64,000 nucleotides of DNA from contig JAYULL010000171.1 in assembly GCA_043763625.1 (NCBI GenBank), positions 16,077 to 80,076 of the forward strand, written 5' to 3'. Below the pieces are notes generated by a model, which was given only the letters and a program-made list of their open reading frames with translations, had not been told where the DNA came from and ran no database searches. This DNA is from Sphingobacteriaceae bacterium. GTDB taxonomy: Bacteria; Bacteroidota; Bacteroidia; Sphingobacteriales; Sphingobacteriaceae. This document shows, in pieces, positions 1 to 9,007 of this stretch; position 1 is the stretch's first letter, and each line of letters begins with the position of its first letter. The translations under genes were made by a program, and so were the position numbers.

Positions 1-914
1 CTCGTCCGTTAATTCGTACCATCGTAAAAGTGGTTGCGCCCAAAATTGGAGATAAAATATATGATGGTGCTGTAGGTAGTGCGGGTTTCTTGGTAGAAGC
101 ATTTGACTACCTGCGCTCTGCAAAAAACCTGACTACAAAGGATATAGAAATTCTTCAGAAGAAAACCTTCTACGGCAAAGAAAAGAAATCGCTGGCTTAC
201 ATCATCGGTACCATGAACATGATTCTCCATGGTGTAGAAGCTCCCAATATTATACATACCAACACGCTTGCCGAAAACATTGCCGATATTGAAGAGAAAG
301 ACCGTTATGATGTAGTTCTGGCAAACCCTCCATTCGGTGGTAAAGAGCGTTTAGAAGTACAGCAAAACTTCCCGATTAAAACCGGCGAAACGGCTTTCTT
401 ATTCTTACAGCATTTTATCAAAATTTTAAAGGCTGGGGGTAAAGCGGGTATTGTAATTAAAAACACCTTTCTTTCTAATACAGATAATGCGTCTGTAAGC
501 TTGCGCAAACAGCTTTTAGAAAATTGCAACCTGCATACGGTGCTCGATTTGCCGGGCGGAACGTTTACCGGTGCCGGTGTAAAAACGGTGGTTTTATTTT
601 TTGAAAAAGGAGCCCCAACCGCAAAGGTTTGGTTCTACCAACTAAACTTAAGCCGGAATTTGGGCAAGGGCAACCCTTTAAATGAAACAGATCTTGCAGA
701 GTTTGTAAATCTGCAACAAGCCAAAACGGATAGTGAGAACTCGTGGTCTGTTAACGTTGCCGAAATTAATACAGCTACTTGCGATTTATCAGTTAAAAAC
801 CCGTTTAAGAAAGAAACAGCGGCATTACGCTCGCCGCAAGAAATTTTAGATGAGATGAAAGCTTTGGATGAGGAGAGTGCGGATATTTTAAAGGGAATAA
901 TGGAATTGATATGA
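1..914 (+). CDS. hsdM: Type I restriction-modification DNA methyltransferase subunit HsdM; 5' end lies outside the window
   Basis: Frame is open from nt 3 (RPLIRTIVKVVAPK precedes the first ATG at 30). AdoMet motif GAVGSAGFL and catalytic motif NPPFGG are present. The stop overlaps the next start (ATGA at 911-914). Confidence 0.9.
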   Translation, partial: RPLIRTIVKVVAPKIGDKIYDGAVGSAGFLVEAFDYLRSAKNLTTKDIEILQKKTFYGKEKKSLAYIIGTMNMILHGVEAPNIIHTNTLAENIADIEEKDRYDVVLANPPFGGKERLEVQQNFPIKTGETAFLFLQHFIKILKAGGKAGIVIKNTFLSNTDNASVSLRKQLLENCNLHTVLDLPGGTFTGAGVKTVVLFFEKGAPTAKVWFYQLNLSRNLGKGNPLNETDLAEFVNLQQAKTDSENSWSVNVAEINTATCDLSVKNPFKKETAALRSPQEILDEMKALDEESADILKGIMELI

Positions 915-2110
915 GAGAGGGTTGGGAAATAAAGAAGTTGGGAGAAGTTTGTGAAAAGATCACGGATGGTACCCACCAAACTCCGACATATTTTGATGAA
1001 GGTGTAATCTTTTTGTCTTCTAGAAATGTAACCAGTGGTGAAATTGATTGGTTTAATATCAAGTATATAGATACGAAACAACATCTAGAAATGCACAAAC
1101 GTGTCGCACCACGTTTGAACGATATTTTGTTAGCCAAGAATGGAACAACAGGAGTTGCGGCAATAGTAGATAGGGAAGTGACTTTTGATATTTACGTTAG
1201 TCTTGCCCTATTGAGACCTTTAAAAAGTTTAATGCCGAGATATTTATTGTTTTTTATCAATTCTCCGTTAGCCAAAAATCAATTTAACAGTAGATTAAAA
1301 GGAGTTGGTGTACCAAACCTTCATCTAAATGAAATAAGAGAGGTTGAAATTCCGCTTCCGCCCCTCCCCGAACAACAACGCATCGTTTCAATTTTAGATG
1401 AAATCTTTGCGGCGATAGCCATAGCAAAACAAAACGCAAAAAAAAACCTCCAAAACGCTAAAGAGCTTTTTGAAACGTATTTGCAAAGTGTGTTTGAGAG
1501 GAAGGGAGAAGGTTGGGAGGAGAGGACGTTGGGAGATATTGGTAAAGTTTCAATGTGCAAGAGAGTGTTTAAAGACCAGACAACTAACTCAGGGGATATT
1601 CCTTTTTATAAGATTGGAACTTTTGGAAAGGTACCTGATGCTTTTATCTCCAATGAAATTTATAATGAATTCAAAAGGAAGTTCTCATTCCCAAAAGAGG
1701 GCGACGTCCTTTTATCTGCATCGGGTACAATTGGAAGAAGAGTAAAGTATGATGGTGAACCTGCATATTTTCAAGATTCAAATATTGTATGGATTAATAA
1801 TGATGAAAAACAAGTGTTGAATGATTATCTATATCAATTTTATGGAGCCTGTAATTGGAATTCAACAAAAGGAGCGACCATTTCAAGATTATACAATGAC
1901 AATCTGAATAGAATAGAAATTGCATTTCCAAAATCACTTGCAAACCAGCAAACCATCGTCCATAAACTCGATGCCCTTTCGTTTCAAACCAAAAAACTCG
2001 AATCCATTTACCAGCAAAAACTATCCAACCTCGAAGAATTAAAGAAAACCATATTACAAAAAGCCTTTGCGGGAGAGTTGAAAGATATAGAACATGCAGT
2101 AGCCGTATGA
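911..2110 (+). CDS. hsdS: Type I R-M specificity subunit HsdS with two target-recognition domains
   Basis: 399 aa. Two conserved spacer helices (LPPLPEQQRIVSILDEIF and PKSLANQQTIVHKLDAL) each follow a variable domain. Start and stop overlap the flanking genes. Confidence 0.85.
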   Translation: MREGWEIKKLGEVCEKITDGTHQTPTYFDEGVIFLSSRNVTSGEIDWFNIKYIDTKQHLEMHKRVAPRLNDILLAKNGTTGVAAIVDREVTFDIYVSLALLRPLKSLMPRYLLFFINSPLAKNQFNSRLKGVGVPNLHLNEIREVEIPLPPLPEQQRIVSILDEIFAAIAIAKQNAKKNLQNAKELFETYLQSVFERKGEGWEERTLGDIGKVSMCKRVFKDQTTNSGDIPFYKIGTFGKVPDAFISNEIYNEFKRKFSFPKEGDVLLSASGTIGRRVKYDGEPAYFQDSNIVWINNDEKQVLNDYLYQFYGACNWNSTKGATISRLYNDNLNRIEIAFPKSLANQQTIVHKLDALSFQTKKLESIYQQKLSNLEELKKTILQKAFAGELKDIEHAVAV

Positions 2111-2724
2111 CGCCACAGAGACTAAACGATTTACTTGACGAATTAGTTAAACAACCTACAGAAAGTGAGTGGGTAGAATTTAAACACAATTTTCATTCTG
2201 CAGAAGAAATCGGAGAACGGATATCTGCAATTTCAAATGGCGCTTGCCTGCAAAATCAGGCATTCGGTTATCTTGTTTTTGGGATCCAAGATATTACGCA
2301 TCAAATTTTAGGCACCTCTTTTAAAGCTAAAACTTATAAAAAGGGCGGCGAAGATTTAGAACATTGGCTGGCAACACGTTTAAATCCGCGAATTGATTTC
2401 AGCGTTTTCGAATTTGATTATGATGAAGGGCGGCATATTTCTATGTATGTAATACCTGCCACGAATTCGCGTCCGGTTGAGTTTTTAAACAAGCCATATA
2501 TCCGGGTTGGCAGTATCACTCGAAATTTAGGAGAGTTTCCTGATAAAGAAGCTCGAATATGGCGGAAGCAATTCATCTCTTTTGAAAAAGAAATAGCCGA
2601 ATTTAATTTGAATGCTTCGGATGTCATTCGCTTATTAAGTACCCAAACTTATTTTGATCTGCTGAAACTGCCTTATCCATCTGATCAAAGGGTGTTATTG
2701 ATAAATTTCTTTCTGAAGGTTTGA
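2107..2724 (+). CDS. AlbA_2 (Schlafen-like) domain protein; N-terminal part of a frameshifted AlbA_2/HATPase_c_4 gene
   Basis: ESEWVEFKHNF...AISNGACLQNQAFGYLVFGIQD matches the AlbA_2 (PF04326) signature. The ATGA overlap with the hsdS stop indicates coupling. The frame ends at 2724, but the +1 frame is already open from 2685. Confidence 0.6.
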   Translation: MTPQRLNDLLDELVKQPTESEWVEFKHNFHSAEEIGERISAISNGACLQNQAFGYLVFGIQDITHQILGTSFKAKTYKKGGEDLEHWLATRLNPRIDFSVFEFDYDEGRHISMYVIPATNSRPVEFLNKPYIRVGSITRNLGEFPDKEARIWRKQFISFEKEIAEFNLNASDVIRLLSTQTYFDLLKLPYPSDQRVLLINFFLKV

Positions 2725-3554
2725 TTGTAAAAGAAAAAAGCAGTTTTTCGATAACTAAATTAGGAGCTGTCCTTTTTGCCAAAAGTCTAAGTGATTTTGA
2801 ATCCGTTCATCGTAAAACTATCCGTGTAATAGTTTACAAAGGCAAAAATAAAGTACAAACAGAACGCGAACAAATTGGCGGCAAAGGGTATGCCCTGGGA
2901 TTTGAAGGTTTGGTAGATTGGATAAACAGCCAATTACCGGCAAACGAAGAAATAGGCAAAGCGCTAAGAACTGAAACAAGAATGTATCCTGAAATCGCTA
3001 TCCGCGAAGTTGTGGCAAATGCTTTAATCCATCAAGACTTTTCTGAAAAGGGATTTCCAATGATTGAAATTTATTCAGACAGGATAGAGGTTTCTAATTC
3101 GGGCATTCCGCTAATTACTCCTGATAGATTTATTGATGAATATGTTTCAAGAAATGAAAGCCTGGCAGATTTGATGCGCCGAATGGGCTTTTGTGAGGAA
3201 AAAGGAAGTGGTATGGATAAGGTTATTTTTTATAATGAGCTGTATCAGTTACCGGCTATTAATGTAATTATAACAGATAAAAGGACTAAAGTGACTCTGT
3301 ATAGCTATAAATCATTAAATGATACAGATAAGAAAGATAAAATCAGAGCCTGTTATCAGCACGCCTGTTTAAAATATGTGTCTAATGAAAAAATGACTAA
3401 TCAAACCCTGCGTGATCGATTTAAAATTGAAGACCACAATTATGCAACTGCGTCCAGAATTATTAGGGATGCTATTGAAGAAGGCGTGATAAAAGAAGAT
3501 GACCCAACAAACAAATCCAGAAAATATGCAAGTTATATTCCTTTTTGGGCCTGA
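2721..3554 (+). CDS. HATPase_c_4-type ATP-binding/wHTH protein; C-terminal part of the same frameshifted gene
   Basis: REVVANALIHQDFSEKGFPMIEIYSDRIEVSNSG matches the HATPase_c_4 (PF13749) signature. This frame reads SKGVIDKFLSEGLIVKEK from 2685, continuing the upstream ORF after a 1-nt slip. Confidence 0.6.
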   Translation: MIVKEKSSFSITKLGAVLFAKSLSDFESVHRKTIRVIVYKGKNKVQTEREQIGGKGYALGFEGLVDWINSQLPANEEIGKALRTETRMYPEIAIREVVANALIHQDFSEKGFPMIEIYSDRIEVSNSGIPLITPDRFIDEYVSRNESLADLMRRMGFCEEKGSGMDKVIFYNELYQLPAINVIITDKRTKVTLYSYKSLNDTDKKDKIRACYQHACLKYVSNEKMTNQTLRDRFKIEDHNYATASRIIRDAIEEGVIKEDDPTNKSRKYASYIPFWA

Positions 3555-3559
3555 ATCTT

Positions 3560-3644
3560 ATGTGATGGTCATGTGATGGAAATGCTATATTTAAAACTAA
3601 TAGCTTGATATATAGATCATTATTATGTGATTGTTATGTGATTG
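3560..3644 (+). promoter_or_regulatory. Four direct ATGTGATKG repeats in two 11-bp-phased pairs upstream of hsdR; candidate operator
   Basis: ATGTGATGG occurs at 3560 and 3571, and ATGTGATTG at 3625 and 3636. They lie in the 147-bp gap before the hsdR ATG at 3702. Confidence 0.3.
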
Positions 3645-3701
3645 AACCATTTAAATACAAAATTTTAAGCCTGAAACTAATCTCGAAATACAGTTAAAAT
3701 A

Positions 3702-6026
3702 ATGAACGAAGCAGAAACCCGGGCCGAATTAATTGACCCTCAACTAACAGCAGCGGGCTGGGGCTTGGTAGACGGAAGCAAAGTACATCGAGAGTTTAAC
3801 ATCACTGCCGGAAAGATAAAAACAGGCGGCGGAAGGGCGATGCCCTTAAAAGCCGATTATGTTTTAAGTTATAAAGACCGCAAGCTTGCTGCCATTGAAG
3901 CCAAAAGCGATATTCAGGAAGTAGGCGAAGGCGTTGCTCAAGCCAAAGATTACGCGGAGAAGCTTCAACTGGATACCACGTTTGCGGCAAACGGTAAAGA
4001 GATTTACCGCATCTGCATGAAAACGGGTAAAGAGGGATTAGTCGCCAATTTTCCAACCCCACAAGAACTATGGGATCATACTTTTGGAGATCAAAATACT
4101 TGGAGAGATCAGTTTGATGCAGTCTCATATCCCGATATCAGCGGAACTAAAAAACCTCGTTATTATCAGGAACTTGCGGTAACCAGGGTAGTAGACGCCA
4201 TCGCAAAAAACCAACAACGTATTTTATTAACCCTTGCAACCGGGACAGGTAAAACAACCATAGCCTTTCACATTGCATGGAAACTGTTTCAAACCCGCTG
4301 GAACCTACAACGTGACGGAAGTCGCAGACCACGGGTTTTATTTTTGGCTCACCGTAATATACTAGCCAATCAGGCGTTCGGCGAGTTTACTGCTTATTCA
4401 GCTTTTAGCGAAGACGCCTTGGTGCGAATAAATCCCGCAGAAGTAAAGAAGAACGGAAGGGTACCCACAAACGGCAGTATATTCTTTACCATCTTCCAAA
4501 CGTTTATGTCGGGGATGGATAGAGACGGTAATCCGGTACCAAATTTCGGGGAGTACCCCAAAGATTATTTCGACCTTATTATTATCGACGAATGCCATAC
4601 CGGTGGTGCAAACGCCGAAGGTAATTGGCGTGGAATTCTGGAATACTTTTCTCCTGCCGTTCAGCTTGGTTTAACCGCCACCCCTAAACGGAAGGATAAC
4701 GTAGATACCTACGCCTATTTTGGTGAACCTGTTTATATCTATTCACTAAAGCAAGGTATCAACGATGGTTTCTTAACTCCTTTTAAGGTAAAGCGCATAC
4801 AAACAACAGTGGATGAGTATATCTATACTAGTGATGATATCTTGATGGAAGGCGAAATCGAATATGGTAAAACTTACACAGAAAAGGATTTTAACGTTAC
4901 TATAGAGATTAAAGAGCGGGAAAGGAAGCGTGTGCAGCTTTATCTGGCTGAGGTTGATCAGAAAGCAAAGGCGATTGTGTTTTGTGCTAGTCAGGGTCAC
5001 GCTGCCCTAACGCGGGACTTGATTAATCAGAATAAAAAATCAACAGCAGCGAACTACTGTGTTCGTGTAACTGCCAACGATGGCGGCTTAGGCGACCAAT
5101 ATTTAAAGGAGTTTCAGGACAATGAGAAATCATTACCCACTGTTTTAACAACTTCCCGCAAACTTTCTACCGGAGTGGATGCTCGTAACGTTCGTAACAT
5201 TGTATTGCTTCGCCCGATTCGGGATATTATTGAATTTAAACAAATAGTTGGTCGGGGAACCCGTTTGTTTGATGGCAAAGAGTTCTTTACCATTTACGAT
5301 TTTGTCGATGCTTATAAACATTTCGCAGATCCGGAATGGGATGGAGAACCTTTAGAACCCGAACCGGCAACACCTCGTCCGCCCGTTGGGACACCATTGC
5401 CGCCGGGAGATGGAGGCGAACCGACTGCTCCGCCAAAGCAAAAAATCAAAATTAAACTTCGAGACGGAAAAGAACGCGAAATACAACACATGATGTCCAC
5501 TTCATATTGGAGTGCTGATGGTCGGCCGATTTCTGCTCAAGAGTTTTTAGATAATCTGTTTGGTGCTTTACCGGCATTATTTAAAGATGAAGATGAACTC
5601 CGCAGCATCTGGTCTAATCCTTTAACCAGAAGAACCCTACTTGAAAAGCTGGATGAAGCCGGTTTCGGGAAAGAAGAATTGACAGTTGTGCAGAAACTGA
5701 TCAATGCGGAGAAAAGTGATTTGTTTGACGTGCTGGAGTATGTGTACAACAGCAACTTTACCCCGATATCCAGAGAAAACAGGGTTGTAAACGCGCAACC
5801 AAACATCTTTGCACTTTTGAATGATAATCAAAAAGAATTTTTAGAATTTGTGCTTGCTAAATATATAGAAACAGGAGTTGAGGAACTCGATGAAGAGAAG
5901 CTGCCTAAGCTGTTGGAACTGAAATACCATTCTTTGAATGATGGAGCGCAAAAGTTGGGTGGGGTGAAGGTGATAAGGGAAACGTTTATAGGATTTCAGA
6001 AGTGGTTGTATGAGGAAGTGGGATAG
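3702..6026 (+). CDS. hsdR: Type I restriction endonuclease subunit HsdR (SF2 helicase/nuclease with an EcoEI-R-type C-terminal domain)
   Basis: 774 aa. Walker A LATGTGKTT, DEAH-box IIIDECH, and helicase motif VI QIVGRGTR are present. A Pro-rich linker PEPATPRPPVGTPLPPGDGGEPTAPP precedes the C-terminal domain. Confidence 0.9.
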   Translation: MNEAETRAELIDPQLTAAGWGLVDGSKVHREFNITAGKIKTGGGRAMPLKADYVLSYKDRKLAAIEAKSDIQEVGEGVAQAKDYAEKLQLDTTFAANGKEIYRICMKTGKEGLVANFPTPQELWDHTFGDQNTWRDQFDAVSYPDISGTKKPRYYQELAVTRVVDAIAKNQQRILLTLATGTGKTTIAFHIAWKLFQTRWNLQRDGSRRPRVLFLAHRNILANQAFGEFTAYSAFSEDALVRINPAEVKKNGRVPTNGSIFFTIFQTFMSGMDRDGNPVPNFGEYPKDYFDLIIIDECHTGGANAEGNWRGILEYFSPAVQLGLTATPKRKDNVDTYAYFGEPVYIYSLKQGINDGFLTPFKVKRIQTTVDEYIYTSDDILMEGEIEYGKTYTEKDFNVTIEIKERERKRVQLYLAEVDQKAKAIVFCASQGHAALTRDLINQNKKSTAANYCVRVTANDGGLGDQYLKEFQDNEKSLPTVLTTSRKLSTGVDARNVRNIVLLRPIRDIIEFKQIVGRGTRLFDGKEFFTIYDFVDAYKHFADPEWDGEPLEPEPATPRPPVGTPLPPGDGGEPTAPPKQKIKIKLRDGKEREIQHMMSTSYWSADGRPISAQEFLDNLFGALPALFKDEDELRSIWSNPLTRRTLLEKLDEAGFGKEELTVVQKLINAEKSDLFDVLEYVYNSNFTPISRENRVVNAQPNIFALLNDNQKEFLEFVLAKYIETGVEELDEEKLPKLLELKYHSLNDGAQKLGGVKVIRETFIGFQKWLYEEVG

Positions 6027-6135
6027 TCCGAATAGGTTAATGTAATACAAGTTTTTTAAATTAAGGTTTCTTCTGATAGTGCGGACACGAACTGGGGAAG
6101 ACGAATTAAATAATATAATCTAATATACCACACAA

Positions 6136-6936
6136 GTGAGCGTTTTTCGAGGAAATATTGATAACTGGCTGCGTCAGTGCGAGCCCGACTACTATTCTTT
6201 TTTTTTACGTGCATGGATCCCTTTTAATGCATGGTATGTAGCGGAGATGCCGCAACATAATAAAAAGGATCGTTTGTTAATTAAGGAATTGCAGGAAAAT
6301 ATGAATAGCAGGCCTCGATTACGTATTCAGGGATTGCTCACTAATGATGACTACGAATCGGAAAATTTTAAATACCACCTATCATTATTACATTATAATC
6401 TTGAAAAAAAGAATGTTTCCCATGATGGAAAAAAGCTTTCGTTTTGTTCAATAACCCTAACAGATAATCCAGTTAAGCATTCGAGTAAAGTAGATAAAAA
6501 AAGCAACAGATATAAGGCAGAAGTACAAAATACTTATTATGAAGCATTAATTGTGGCTCAAAACGGGAAGACGCTTATGCACTATAAACACCCGGGTTTT
6601 GACATAGAACATTTGAGGCGACATATAAAGTTTATAGGATTGGCCGATAAAAAGATTCAAGAAATTATTGCTGAATGTTACGCGAATATTGACCCCAATA
6701 AGCCCACCAATTTAGTTACAAATTCGAAAAAAAAAGGCGATTATATTTTTTTAAATTCTGATCAACCAGCCAAATTCGTTAATGATCAAATCACAATAGG
6801 AAAAGCAATCATTGGAGTACTTTATATGCTTCGGTGTATGCTTTTTCACGGTGAAATAGACCCTACTGATAGCAATAAAGTTTTATATGAACACTCCTAC
6901 TATCTACTTCGATTAATTCTTAAAGACTTGAACTAA
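6136..6936 (+). CDS. Hypothetical protein with a C-terminal HEPN-like R-x4-H motif
   Basis: 266 aa with a GTG start. The motif is VLYMLRCMLFHGEIDP (R-x4-H-G). The stop lies 1 nt before the next ATG. The gene looks AT-rich by eye. Confidence 0.5.
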   Translation: MSVFRGNIDNWLRQCEPDYYSFFLRAWIPFNAWYVAEMPQHNKKDRLLIKELQENMNSRPRLRIQGLLTNDDYESENFKYHLSLLHYNLEKKNVSHDGKKLSFCSITLTDNPVKHSSKVDKKSNRYKAEVQNTYYEALIVAQNGKTLMHYKHPGFDIEHLRRHIKFIGLADKKIQEIIAECYANIDPNKPTNLVTNSKKKGDYIFLNSDQPAKFVNDQITIGKAIIGVLYMLRCMLFHGEIDPTDSNKVLYEHSYYLLRLILKDLN

Positions 6937-6937
6937 A

Positions 6938-8710
6938 ATGAATCACGCAGCAAATAACATTGAAGCCAAAAGTAAAACGCTCAAGGACCTCTTAAAAGAG
7001 CGTAAATATCAAGTTAAATATTTTCAAAGAGAATATAAATGGGAAAAGAACCATATCGAAGACCTTATTATAGATTTGGAAAAGAGCTTTTTTTCAAATT
7101 TTCAAGTCGAACATACACGAGAAGACGTGCCCGACTACGATTGTTACTATATGGGGCCTGTTGTGCTTTATAGGGAAAAATCTTCTTTTGTTATAGTCGA
7201 CGGTCAACAACGACTAACTTCCTTTACTTTATTATTGATATATCTAACCCATTTGCAAAAAGAAATTTTTGTTGGAAATAAAAAGAAGATACAAAATTTA
7301 GATGAATATATCTATTCACAGCCTTATGAGAAGGAGACGTTTAACTTAGAAATTCAAGAACGCGAGGACATACTAAGGTGTTTATTTAAAAGTCTTGATC
7401 TGGAAGACGGGTTTCTCCTTAATGAATCCTCCCAGAATATATTAGACAGATATATTGATATAGTTGAATTATTCCCACCTACGCTAAAAAAAGACTATGT
7501 ATTACCCTTATTTATTAATTGGCTTGTCGAGAAGTTGATATTTATTGAAATACTGTCGCAGTCCAGTGATAGTGCCTATACGATCTTTGAAACAATGAAC
7601 GACAGAGGATTAAATCTTACTCAGTCAGAAATGTTAAAAAGTTATCTTTTATCAAGTGTGAAAGATGAGGAAAAAATAAAAGAACTTGACGCGGCATGGA
7701 AACAGAAAATTAGCTTAATTAAAACCTATAGTAGTGACGAAGATCAAGATTTTTTTAAAGCTTGGTTAAGAGCCAAATATGCTGTGGGCATAAGGACTAC
7801 CGAAAAAGGTGCTATTAACGAGGATTTTGAAAAAATTAGTACCAGGTTTAGCAATTGGGTTCAGGACAATTCTAAAAGATTGTTGAATTTAAATACTCCT
7901 GACGATTATTTTTATTTTATTGAGTCTGATTTCGATTTCTTCAGTGATATCTATTTGAAATTGTCCGAGATGGAGTTTAGCGAGAGTTTGCCAGAGCAAA
8001 GGTTTAAGTTACTTTCATACAAAGGTATTTCCCAATCATTGTCTTATCCTTTAATAATCTCTACAATTCAAAAGATTGATGATAACGAAACGGTGAATAA
8101 AAAGATAGAAACTTCGGTAAGTTATCTTGATTCTTTTTCAATTTATAGATTGCTATTAAATGAGTCAATAACTCATAGTACTGTTCGAAACAAAATATAC
8201 ACTAAAATAAAGGAGATAAGAGACAAAAGTTTTGAAGAAATAAGGGAAAACCTAAATGGCGAGATTGAGGATCTAAAGAAGCGATTTTTGAAGGAGATAG
8301 ACTATATTCCTTTTTATCCTAACTTCGGAAAATATGTCTTAGCGAGGGTATATAAGAGTAGAAATCCGCCTTTGTTTTTCGAAAATATCTATTTTCAAAG
8401 AAGGACAGCTTCTCTTGTCTTATTTCATTTTTTTACCCTTGACGATGTTGATGTAGAAGTACAAAAATTACCGAAAGGCTTGAAGGATATTATCATCAGA
8501 AGTTTATGCTCATACTGTTTGGTTACAAAAGAAGTTTTCAGTGAAGTGTCACGTCTCTCTTTGGTGAAGCGAATCCAATACTTGCTAAATAAGGGGTTTA
8601 TTTATGAATTTTCCGATCTCAAAGAAGTCGATTTAACAAATTTAAGAGAGTTCTTTATTACCCGTAATAAGCGTATGAAAGAGACTGTCATTAACTTGTG
8701 GAAGGTATGA
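6938..8710 (+). CDS. DUF262 (GmrSD N-terminal, ParB-like NTPase) domain protein with no recognisable DUF1524 nuclease domain
   Basis: 590 aa. Motifs YFQREYKW, VDGQQRLTS and FETMNDRGLNLTQSEMLK are present. No (D/E)HxxP...GNxxL His-Me signature was seen in the C-terminal ~250 aa. Confidence 0.8.
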   Translation: MNHAANNIEAKSKTLKDLLKERKYQVKYFQREYKWEKNHIEDLIIDLEKSFFSNFQVEHTREDVPDYDCYYMGPVVLYREKSSFVIVDGQQRLTSFTLLLIYLTHLQKEIFVGNKKKIQNLDEYIYSQPYEKETFNLEIQEREDILRCLFKSLDLEDGFLLNESSQNILDRYIDIVELFPPTLKKDYVLPLFINWLVEKLIFIEILSQSSDSAYTIFETMNDRGLNLTQSEMLKSYLLSSVKDEEKIKELDAAWKQKISLIKTYSSDEDQDFFKAWLRAKYAVGIRTTEKGAINEDFEKISTRFSNWVQDNSKRLLNLNTPDDYFYFIESDFDFFSDIYLKLSEMEFSESLPEQRFKLLSYKGISQSLSYPLIISTIQKIDDNETVNKKIETSVSYLDSFSIYRLLLNESITHSTVRNKIYTKIKEIRDKSFEEIRENLNGEIEDLKKRFLKEIDYIPFYPNFGKYVLARVYKSRNPPLFFENIYFQRRTASLVLFHFFTLDDVDVEVQKLPKGLKDIIIRSLCSYCLVTKEVFSEVSRLSLVKRIQYLLNKGFIYEFSDLKEVDLTNLREFFITRNKRMKETVINLWKV

Positions 8711-8926
8711 ACAAAGAGTTTTAATCTTCTGCTCTTGTTGGTGTTGTCACCAAAAAGCCTGAAGGAGATTGCCCGAATCAGAATACTATCGATACTCGTC
8801 TTCTCGGTTTTATATCGTGGTTATGACGAGATTTAAGATGGTGAGCAGTTTTGTTGGTAACAATACCAACAAAGGCGGAAGTATAGCAGTGCAATTGATT
8901 ACAGCGGAGGAAAAGGCTTTTTTTCT

Positions 8927-8975
8927 CCGCAGAGTCTCCTGCGCCAAAGCAATAACCCTGATAGGGACTCTGCGG
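8927..8975 (+). repeat. REP-like hairpin (CCGCAGAGTC ... GACTCTGCGG), family A
   Basis: Perfect 10-bp inverted repeat. It sits 33 bp upstream of a RAYT-like ORF remnant. Related copies lie at 11998, 13948 and 16178. Confidence 0.6.
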
Positions 8976-9007
8976 TAAACGTATCTTTCTCGTACCTTTA
9001 GTCAACT

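Noticed and set aside
5330-5450. Pro/Gly-rich stretch in HsdR (PEPATPRPPVGTPLPPGDGGEPTAPP) considered as a gene fusion junction or an inserted element.
   Set aside because: The ORF is continuous and the flanking domains are the normal helicase and C-terminal domains of this HsdR type. It is most simply a flexible linker.
8769-9005. Overlapping 69-aa (+) and 75-aa (-) ORFs after the DUF262 gene.
   Set aside because: They span REP-like hairpins and have no motifs. They most likely represent non-coding repeat DNA.
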